Source of the DNA: an uncultured Acidobacteriota bacterium
GTDB lineage: Bacteria; Acidobacteriota; Thermoanaerobaculia; UBA5066; Gp7-AA6
Reading direction: 5' to 3'
DNA: 64,000 nt
Assembly: GCA_963815655.1 (NCBI GenBank)
Contig: CAWFHK010000001.1
Location: 1,165,813-1,229,812 of the forward strand
A program made the position numbers and the translations under genes. The notes under the pieces are model-generated. The model searched no databases. It saw only the letters and a program-made list of their open reading frames with translations, and had not been told where the DNA came from. This document shows positions 57,012-64,000 of the stretch, piece after piece; within the stretch, counting starts at the first letter, position 1; every line of letters starts with the position of its first letter.

Positions 57012-58465
57012 CAGAGACGTTCCTCCAGTTCGGCCCGGCCGACCTCGCGGCGATTGCGCCGGAAATCGCGCTGGCGGCCGCGGGTTCACTCATCGTCCTG
57101 CTGGACGCCTTCGCGCCTTCGACGCGGCGGTGGTTCGCGACGCTCTCGCTGGCCGGGATCGCCGCCTCTCTCTCCTTCCTCATGAGCGCGCCGCTCGGGA
57201 CGACGTTCGCGGGCCGCCTGGAGACCTCGGCGCTGACGCAGACCGTCGGGCTCTTCCTGGGGGCGACGGCCGCCGTCGCGGTCCTCGTGGCCAAGCCGTA
57301 TCTCGTTCGCACGGGAGAGGAGAAGGGCGAGTTCTACGCGCTGCTTCTCTGGGGCCACCTCGGCGTCTCTCTCATGACGCGCGGGCTCGACCTGCTCGTC
57401 GTCTTCATCGGATTGGAGACGCTCTCGCTCTGCTTCTACGTCCTCGCCGCCTTCTTCCGCACGATCGAGGCCTCCTCCGAGGCCGGCCTGAAATACTTCC
57501 TGACGGGCGCCCTCGGCTCGGCGTTCACGGTCTACGGGATCGTCTTCCTCTTCGGCAAGAGCGGCAGCGTCAAGATCGAGGCGCTGGCCCGGCCCGGGCT
57601 CGCGGGAGATCCCCTGGTGATCTTCGCCCTCCTTCTCCTGCTCGTCGGGTTCGGGTTCAAGATGTCGCTCGCCCCCTTTCATGGATGGGCCCCCGACGTG
57701 TACCAGGGGATGCCCACGCCGGCGGTGGCGTACCTCTCGGTGGCGCCGAAGGGAGCGAGCCTGCTCGTTCTCTACCGCGTCCTGACGGCCGTCTTCCAGG
57801 AGGGGATGCCCGACCGCTTTCGGGCGGGCATCGCGGCGCTCGCGATCCTCTCGATGACTCTCGGCAACGTCGTCGCGCTCGCCCAGCGCGACGTCAAGAG
57901 GCTCCTCGCCTACTCGGGGATCGCGCACATGGGCTACGTCACGATCGCGCTCGCCGTCTTCGGCACAGACTCTCTCGCCGCCGTCATCGTCTACTTCTTC
58001 GCTTACCTCGTCTCCAACGCCGGCGCGTTCGCCGCGGTCGCGGCGCTGTACCGCGACGAGACGAAGCCGCACCCGATCGGGCTCCTCGCCGGCGAGGGGC
58101 GGCGCTCCCCTTTCCCCGCCGCCGTGTTCGCCCTCTGCCTCTTCTCTCTGGCCGGAATTCCGGCCACCGCCGGGTTCATCGGAAAGTTCTTCGTCTTCGA
58201 GGCCGCCATCGAGAAGGGCCTCTACGCGCTGGCGATCATTGGCGTGATCAACAGCCTGATCTCGATCGGCTACTACCTGAAGGTCGTCTACCTGATGTAC
58301 ATGCGGGAGACCGTGGAGCCGGAAGGGCCTCCGTCAATGGCGGTCGCCGACCGCCTCGCGCTCTCTCTCTGCGCCGCCGGGATCCTCGTCCTCGGCATCT
58401 TCCCGGCCCCGCTCTGGGACCTGGCGCGCCAGGCGGCCCGGACTCTGCCGTTCGGCTCGCCGTGA
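57008..58465 (+). CDS. nuoN: NADH-quinone oxidoreductase subunit N.
   Basis: ATGA overlap with nuoM. 485 aa antiporter-like subunit. Confidence 0.85.
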   Translation: MTETFLQFGPADLAAIAPEIALAAAGSLIVLLDAFAPSTRRWFATLSLAGIAASLSFLMSAPLGTTFAGRLETSALTQTVGLFLGATAAVAVLVAKPYLVRTGEEKGEFYALLLWGHLGVSLMTRGLDLLVVFIGLETLSLCFYVLAAFFRTIEASSEAGLKYFLTGALGSAFTVYGIVFLFGKSGSVKIEALARPGLAGDPLVIFALLLLLVGFGFKMSLAPFHGWAPDVYQGMPTPAVAYLSVAPKGASLLVLYRVLTAVFQEGMPDRFRAGIAALAILSMTLGNVVALAQRDVKRLLAYSGIAHMGYVTIALAVFGTDSLAAVIVYFFAYLVSNAGAFAAVAALYRDETKPHPIGLLAGEGRRSPFPAAVFALCLFSLAGIPATAGFIGKFFVFEAAIEKGLYALAIIGVINSLISIGYYLKVVYLMYMRETVEPEGPPSMAVADRLALSLCAAGILVLGIFPAPLWDLARQAARTLPFGSP

Positions 58466-58484
58466 GGACCGTCCCGGGTACGGA

Positions 58485-58518
58485 CCCGGTGCCCGGTGCT
58501 CGCTGCTCGGTGCTCGGT
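58485..58518. repeat. CGGTGCT heptamer tandem repeat after the nuoN stop.
   Basis: cccggtgcccggtgctcgctgctcggtgctcggt, preceded by the small hairpin ccgggtacggacccgg. Confidence 0.5.
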
Positions 58519-61500
58519 TGAGCAACGCGAGAAGGATCGCAGTGAAACTTCTGAGCGACCTTTCCCTGGTGTTTCTCCTGGCGGCGGTCCCGCTCTTCGC
58601 CGTGGACGCCTCGACGCCGGCGCGCGATCCGGCACAGAAGATCGACGAGGAGTACACGAAGAAGATCAGGGAATACACGACGGAGACGTTCTTCCTTTCG
58701 CCGCTCGTGGATTACCTGCCGCTGTCGGAGGGCGTTCCGACACCGAAGGCCGTGCTGGGGGACGTGGCGGGAGCGCCGGGCAAGCTCCCCTATTCCGCGG
58801 ACGTGCACCGCTACATGCGGATGCTCGAAGCGGCCACGCCGCGAGTGCGGGTCCGCTCGATCGGCACGAGCGAGGAGGGGCGGGAGATGATCGCCGTCGC
58901 GGTGGCGTCGGAAGAGCTCCTCGACGCGATGGAGGAGAACCGGCGGCGCCTCGCGAAGCTCGCCGATCCCCGCGCGATCGGGATGGATGACGCCGAGGCG
59001 GAGAAGCTCGCCGGGCAGTCCGTTCCCGTCTACTACATCACCGGCGCGATTCACTCCCCGGAGACCGGGGCCCCGACCGCGCTCATGGAGCTCGCCTACC
59101 GCCTTGCCGTGGACGAGAGCCCGTACGTGCGGTTCATCCGGGAGCACGTCATCACGCTCATCACGCCCGTCGTCGAGGTGGACGGCCGCGACCGGCAGGT
59201 GGACGTCTACAACTGGCACCTCGCTCACCCCGGGAAGAACTGGCCGCCCCTCGTCTATTGGGGCAAGTACGTCGCGCACGACAACAACCGCGACGCCATG
59301 GGGCTCTCCCTCTGGCTGACCCGCAACGTCCTCCGGGAATTCCTCGAGGAGAAGGCGACGCTGCTCCACGACCTCCACGAATCGGTCCCATTCCTCTACG
59401 ACAACACCGTCGGCGACGGGCCCTACAACGCGTGGCTCGATCCGATCCTGACCAACGAGTGGCAGATGCTCGGCTGGAACAACGTCGCCGAGATGACGCG
59501 GTTCGGGATGCCGGGGGTCTTCACGCACGGCACCTTCGACACGTGGAGCCCAAGCTACCTCATGTTCATCGGCGCCACGCACAACGGCATCTCCCGCCTC
59601 TACGAGACCTTCGGCAACGCCGGCGCGGACACGCTCGAGCGAACGCTGCGCCCCGAGGAGTACGCGAGGACCTGGTACCGCCAGAACCCGCCGCTGCCGA
59701 AGGTGAAGTGGTCGCAGCGGGACAACAACAACTACGAGGAGACGGGGCTCCTGACCTCGCTCCACTACTTCGCCGAGAACGGCAGGCAGTTCCTGCGCAA
59801 TTTCTCCGCGAAGAGCAAGCGCTCGATCGAGAAGCCGAAGGCGGAGGGGCCGGCGGCCTACGTCTTAGCGGCCGACGACCCGCGGCCCGGCGCCCAGGCC
59901 GAGCTGCTGCGGCTCCTCCAGACGCAGGGATGCGAGATCTCGCGCGCGAGCGGCCCCTTCACGGCGCCGGAGGAGAAGAAGAGAAAGCCGAAAAAGAAAG
60001 AGGAGGCCGAGGACGGGGAGAAGGAACCGGGCGCGGCATCCCGCAAGGGCGCGGAAAAGGAGAAGCCCGCCGGCCCCGTGACGCGCTCCTTCCCGGCCGG
60101 CAGCTACGTGGTCCGGATGGACCAGCCCTACAGCCGGATCGCCGACATGATGCTCGACCACCAGTACTGGAGCCCGGAGGACCCGCAGAAGCGCCCGTAC
60201 GACGACACCGGCTGGACGTTCGGCGAGACCTTCGGCGTGAAGGTCTCGCGCGTGATGGACACGAAGATCCTGGACGTCCCGATGACGCGCGTCGAGGGGG
60301 ACGTCCGCGCGCCGGGCGGCGTCCGGGGCGAGGGGCCCATCTTCGCCCTCTCCCACAACGCGGACACGGCGTTGATGACGCTGCGCTACCGCTTCCGCGA
60401 CGCGTCGTTCGAAGCCGCGGAAGAGCCGTTCGAGGCCGCCGGGCACACGTTCGGCCGCGGGACGTTCCTCGTCCGCGGGGCCGCCGCGGAGCAGATGCGG
60501 CGCGCGGCCTCGGAGCTGGGTCTCCGGGTCCAGGCGCTCTCCTCCGCGCCGCCGGTCCGGACGCACCCGCTGCGGGCTCCGCGGATCGCGCTCCTCCACA
60601 CGTGGCTCTCGACGCAGGACGAAGGGTGGTGGCGGCTCGCCCTGGACGGCCTGAACGTTCCCTACGATTCCATCAGCACGCAGACTCTCACGGCCTCGGG
60701 CGACCTTTCCTCCCGATACGACGTCCTCCTCTTCCCGCCGGTCGGGCGCGGGGCGCAGGCGATCGTGGCGGGGATGCCGCTCTGGGGCAATCCGCTCCCC
60801 TGGAAGACCACGCCGCTGACGCCCAACCTCGGCCGGAACGACGCGACCGACGACATGCGGCCGGGGCTCGGCTTCGCGGGGCTGCAGGCCCTCGAGGACT
60901 TCGTCCGCCGCGGAGGACTCGTCGTCGGCGTCATGGACACGGCGGAGCTCGCCGTCAGCTTCGGCCTGACGCCCGGTGTTTCGATCGCCCGGCCGGAAAA
61001 GCTGAAACTGACCGGCAGCATCGTCCATTCGAAGCTCGTGGACCGCGCGAGCCCGATCCTCTACGGCTACGCGCAGGCGCCGGCCGTGTACTCCTTCGAT
61101 GGACCGATCTTCAACGTCAGCAATCTCGCGGGCGGGCGCGGCGGACGCCGGCGCGATCCCGACGAGAAGAAGCGGCCGACCGGCCGCGGCACGTCCGAGG
61201 ACCCCGACCGGCCGACCGGCCGCGCGTTCGCGGAGCCCCCGGAGGAACCGGAGGCCGAGGCCTGGGAGGCCCTGCCGCTGACGGACGAGCAGAAGCGCAA
61301 CAACCCCTTCGTGATTCCGGCGGCCGAGCGTCCGCGCGTCGTGCTCCGCTACGGCGACAACAAGGACCTGCTCGTCTCCGGTCTCCTCGAAGGGGGCAAG
61401 GAGATCGCGCAGCACCCCGCCGTCATCGACGTCCCGGCCGGGAAGGGGCACTGGGTCCTTTTCTCCAACAACCCGATCTGGCGAGGCCAGACCCGCGCCA

Positions 61501-61574
61501 CCTACTTCCTCGTCTTCAACGCGATCCTGAACTTCGACCACCTCGACGCCGGACGGAAACTCCCCGAGGAGTGA
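58518..61574 (+). CDS. Large secreted M14-like (zinc carboxypeptidase family) protein with long extensions.
   Basis: Signal-like VKLLSDLSLVFLLAAVPLFA. M14 zinc-ligand context YYITGAIHSPETGAP (HxxE). Start codon uncertain. Confidence 0.65.
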   Translation: MSNARRIAVKLLSDLSLVFLLAAVPLFAVDASTPARDPAQKIDEEYTKKIREYTTETFFLSPLVDYLPLSEGVPTPKAVLGDVAGAPGKLPYSADVHRYMRMLEAATPRVRVRSIGTSEEGREMIAVAVASEELLDAMEENRRRLAKLADPRAIGMDDAEAEKLAGQSVPVYYITGAIHSPETGAPTALMELAYRLAVDESPYVRFIREHVITLITPVVEVDGRDRQVDVYNWHLAHPGKNWPPLVYWGKYVAHDNNRDAMGLSLWLTRNVLREFLEEKATLLHDLHESVPFLYDNTVGDGPYNAWLDPILTNEWQMLGWNNVAEMTRFGMPGVFTHGTFDTWSPSYLMFIGATHNGISRLYETFGNAGADTLERTLRPEEYARTWYRQNPPLPKVKWSQRDNNNYEETGLLTSLHYFAENGRQFLRNFSAKSKRSIEKPKAEGPAAYVLAADDPRPGAQAELLRLLQTQGCEISRASGPFTAPEEKKRKPKKKEEAEDGEKEPGAASRKGAEKEKPAGPVTRSFPAGSYVVRMDQPYSRIADMMLDHQYWSPEDPQKRPYDDTGWTFGETFGVKVSRVMDTKILDVPMTRVEGDVRAPGGVRGEGPIFALSHNADTALMTLRYRFRDASFEAAEEPFEAAGHTFGRGTFLVRGAAAEQMRRAASELGLRVQALSSAPPVRTHPLRAPRIALLHTWLSTQDEGWWRLALDGLNVPYDSISTQTLTASGDLSSRYDVLLFPPVGRGAQAIVAGMPLWGNPLPWKTTPLTPNLGRNDATDDMRPGLGFAGLQALEDFVRRGGLVVGVMDTAELAVSFGLTPGVSIARPEKLKLTGSIVHSKLVDRASPILYGYAQAPAVYSFDGPIFNVSNLAGGRGGRRRDPDEKKRPTGRGTSEDPDRPTGRAFAEPPEEPEAEAWEALPLTDEQKRNNPFVIPAAERPRVVLRYGDNKDLLVSGLLEGGKEIAQHPAVIDVPAGKGHWVLFSNNPIWRGQTRATYFLVFNAILNFDHLDAGRKLPEE

Positions 61575-61586
61575 TCGGAGCAACGC

Positions 61587-62183
61587 ATGGCGCTGGTCGT
61601 GTTTCTGCGGGGAGCCAACGTGGGCGGGCACCGGAAATTCCGGCCGGCGGCTCTCGCCAGGGAGATGGCGGACCTCGGCGTCGTCAACGTCGGGGCGGCG
61701 GGGACGTTTGTCGCGAAAAAGGCGGCCGGCGCCGCGGAGTTCCGGGAAGAGCTGGGCAAGCGGCTCCCGTTCGAGACGGAGATCCTGATCTGCTCCGCCG
61801 CGGAGATTCTCTCTCTGGCGGCGAGCGATCCGTTCGCGCGGCGCCCGGCCGGCGAGGACGTGCGTGAGCTCGTCACCGTCCTCGCGAAGAAGCCGAAGAC
61901 CGTTCCGAAGCTCCCGGTCCGCCGGCCGGAAGGAGCCGATTGGCAGGTCCACCTCTTCCGCGTCGTCGGACGGTTCGCCCTCTCCTTCTGGCGGCGGCGG
62001 CCCGACCAGAAACAGCTGATCTACCCCAACGAGGTCGCCGAGAGGTCTCTCGCGGTCACGGGCACCTCGCGGAGCTGGAGCACGATCGAGACGGTCTGCG
62101 GGATCCTCGGCGCTCCGGGCCCGGAGGACGCTACCGCGCCCCGCCGGGCGCGGGTGTCGCGACGAAGTCGGCGAACTCGGTGA
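61587..62183 (+). CDS. DUF1697 family protein. The C-terminal end may be earlier.
   Basis: N-terminus MALVVFLRGANVGGHRKF is typical of DUF1697. Confidence 0.55.
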   Translation: MALVVFLRGANVGGHRKFRPAALAREMADLGVVNVGAAGTFVAKKAAGAAEFREELGKRLPFETEILICSAAEILSLAASDPFARRPAGEDVRELVTVLAKKPKTVPKLPVRRPEGADWQVHLFRVVGRFALSFWRRRPDQKQLIYPNEVAERSLAVTGTSRSWSTIETVCGILGAPGPEDATAPRRARVSRRSRRTR

Positions 62184-62500
62184 CGCTGTCCGTCTTGGTC
62201 CAGAGGCCGATCTTTCCGGAGATCGGCGATGGCAGCTCGTACTCGAGCAGCGGCTCTCCGTCCAGGAACCCGCGGACCGCGGCGCCCTTCGTCGCGATCT
62301 TGATCGCGTGCCAGTCCTTCATCGGGAGCGGTCGCGTCTCCGGCGGGCATCAGAAAGGGACGCGAGCCCGGAACCGAAATTCAGTAGGCAGGCCGGACGG
62401 CGAAGGCGATGGGGCCGTGAGCGAACGCGCCGCTGCGGGAACGGCCGTCGAGGCTTCCAGCAAACAGGGAGATTCCCGCGAAGCCGATCAAGAGACGCAT
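62131..62500 (-). pseudogene. Decayed DUF1080 (LamG-like 3-keto-disaccharide hydrolase family) gene: signal-peptide remnant plus C-terminal fragment.
   Basis: 62131-62322 encodes a C-terminal fragment ...GKIGLWTKTDSVTEFADF typical of DUF1080 ends. At about 62380-62500 the minus strand encodes MRLLIGFAGISLFAGSLDG... (signal peptide) and terminates after 39 codons. Total span is too short for an intact domain. Confidence 0.5.
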
Positions 62501-62587
62501 TTTTCGCGCGGCGAGACTAGCCGGGGGTGGAAGACAAGCCAAACCGGCACTCCGTCGCTACCGGAATTAAATAAGTAATTCTATCTA

Positions 62588-63175
62588 TTATTCCTTAATT
62601 AATATGGCCCTAACAGGCGAAGCGTCTAATTCTGTAAAGAACAGTGGGAGCGCCACGAGACGGTAATCCCCGGGCGCCGCGCTGGAGAGATCGAGGTTCT
62701 CCAGGACGGCGACGGCCCGCGACAGGAGAGTCCGATGCACGGGCAGGTCCGCCGCGTCTTCCGGATCGAGCGACAGCGCGTCGGTCCCGACGAGGAGCGC
62801 GCCCTTCTCGCAGAGACGCACGGCGGCCAGCGGCGAGAGAAAGGCCCTTCCGCCGGTTCGGAAGAGCACGCGGGGGGTCCCGAGGCTCCGTCGCGGGAGC
62901 GCGTCCGGGCCCACCTCGCCGCGCAGCGGCAAGTCCACGACGCGCGCGGGCCCGATGAACGCGTCGAGAGAGAGCCGCCCGATCGGCGCGCCGTCCGGCA
63001 TCACATGGGAGGGGGCGTCCACGTGCGTTCCGACGTGCGCGCTCATCGTGAAGCAGGTGGACTCGAAGAGCGAGCCGTCGACGAGCCGCGCCGTCGAGCG
63101 CCAGCGGAAAGGGACGTCCCCCGGCCAGACGGAAGTCTTCTCGTCGATCCGCCGCGAGACGTCGAGGATCCTCAA
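62588..63175 (-). CDS. Putative cyclase / arylformamidase (kynurenine formamidase-like) family protein.
   Basis: HVGTHVDAPSHV motif. Probable TTG start at 63175, overlapping the upstream ORF stop (TTGA). Confidence 0.6.
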   Translation of the reverse strand: MRILDVSRRIDEKTSVWPGDVPFRWRSTARLVDGSLFESTCFTMSAHVGTHVDAPSHVMPDGAPIGRLSLDAFIGPARVVDLPLRGEVGPDALPRRSLGTPRVLFRTGGRAFLSPLAAVRLCEKGALLVGTDALSLDPEDAADLPVHRTLLSRAVAVLENLDLSSAAPGDYRLVALPLFFTELDASPVRAILIKE

Positions 63176-63684
63176 CGCATCCGTCGGACGGTTTTCCTCT
63201 CCGCGTACCGTTCGGCCACGTGCGGGTCGTACCCTCGGTGCCGCGGGTTTGTCGTGGCGTCCCTGTACTCGGCGTCGCATCGGTAGCAGATCGTAACCGG
63301 ACGGACCCTCGCGGCGACGATCCAATCCACAAGCACCGTCGCGAGGAGCACCGGCGTGAACCAGATCCAGCCCGCCTTCCAGCCGACGAAGAGGGCGGCG
63401 CCGAGCGAGATCGCCATGAACAGGCATCCGAGCCGCTGATCGAAATCCTTCTGCAAGAAGAACGCGCGGTTGCCGCAGAACGCGCACCGCTCGATTCCAT
63501 CCGCTCCGAGAACCCCCTCGAATCGGGCGGTGTAGGAGCGGCCGCACTTGCCGCAGGCGAACGCGCCGGTTTCTTCGTGCTCCCGGTTCTCCATGCAATC
63601 CGGACAGTAGTGGCGCGCCTTCACGCGCCTGAATCTATCCGAACCCCTCCGGCCCTGCCGCGGCCGGGACCGGACCTCCTCCAT
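63172..63684 (-). CDS. Zinc-ribbon membrane protein, function unknown.
   Basis: CPDC...CGKCG and CAFCG...CYRCD Cys pairs flank two TM helices. 170 aa. Confidence 0.5.
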   Translation of the reverse strand: MEEVRSRPRQGRRGSDRFRRVKARHYCPDCMENREHEETGAFACGKCGRSYTARFEGVLGADGIERCAFCGNRAFFLQKDFDQRLGCLFMAISLGAALFVGWKAGWIWFTPVLLATVLVDWIVAARVRPVTICYRCDAEYRDATTNPRHRGYDPHVAERYAERKTVRRMR

Positions 63685-63900
63685 TTCCTCGACGCATCTC
63701 AGGAGGCATCCGATAGACCGCCGCCCTGCCGCCGGCGCTCGCGGCGCGAGGAGTCTCCCGAGCGGAAGCGAGGGAGGAGCCTTGCGCCGCGGGAGCGGAG
63801 CGCTGGCGCGGGATCAGGAGGGCGGTCGAGGCCGCATCCGGCCGAGACGCCCGCCGGTGCGCCCGAGAGGGCGCAGATCCCGCGCCAGCGCGGAGCGACG

Positions 63901-64000
63901 TTAGGCCGGGAACCCCGTTGCCACGGTCAGGTAGGAGGAGAGCAGTTCGCCGATCAGAACGAAAACGAGGGCGACGTAGAGCAGTCCCGTGGCAGCCTGA
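63901..64000 (-). CDS. 3' end of a membrane-protein gene. The N-terminus lies beyond the window.
   Basis: The reverse frame reads ...QAATGLLYVALVFVLIGELLSSYLTVATGFPA* with a stop at 63901-63903. Confidence 0.4.
   Translation of the reverse strand, partial: QAATGLLYVALVFVLIGELLSSYLTVATGFPA

Overview
The window is high-GC (roughly 68-70%), bacterial, and densely coding. It reads as a chromosomal segment of an uncultivated-type Gram-negative genome; Acidobacteriota-like from gene content and style, but that is only a guess.

From left to right the window holds:
1. A nucleoside uptake and catabolism supercluster (deoA, a TRZ/ATZ-family amidohydrolase, cdd, punA, nupC, deoB), with a GGDEF gene and a GT2 gene embedded in it.
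2. A membrane TPR protein of the YfgM type.
3. Two tandem paralogous type IV pilin-like proteins that share an unusual C-terminal FVPPPWKW motif, plus a small polytopic membrane protein.
4. An Nfu-type Fe-S protein.
5. An ATP-grasp enzyme preceded by a split ECF-sigma/TPR gene pair, and a TPR paralogue.
6. A double-unit M16 peptidase, NDH-2, and a Y1 (IS200-like) transposase-domain protein fused to a DnaA-C HTH.
7. A secreted protein with an ECF sigma / zinc-finger anti-sigma pair.
8. An alcohol dehydrogenase, a rhomboid protease, and a fused SBP-permease polar amino-acid ABC transporter.
9. S58 and S9 peptidases, thiD, and a lipoprotein.
10. Two convergent giant secreted proteins. One has a novel tandem ~115-aa C-terminal domain; the other has a long Pro-Thr linker.
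11. An RRM RNA-binding protein downstream of about 1 kb with no confident CDS.
12. A lipid/glycolipid-type cluster: GT2, CE4 deacetylase, fabD, fabG, a dedicated ACP, a FabZ-like hotdog, and small ORFs.
13. A 10-gene nuo operon (nuoA, E, F, G, H, J, K, L, M, N) that lacks nuoB, C, D and I.
14. An M14 carboxypeptidase-like protein, a DUF1697 protein, a decayed DUF1080 gene, and a cyclase/arylformamidase-family protein.

Beyond genes, the most striking sequence-level observation is a pervasive family of intergenic hairpins built from tandem 6-7-nt units, plus a REP-like GC palindrome present twice. No tRNA, rRNA or CRISPR array was recognised. Many long Arg/Asp-rich ORFs in the track are antisense artefacts of the high GC and were not called.
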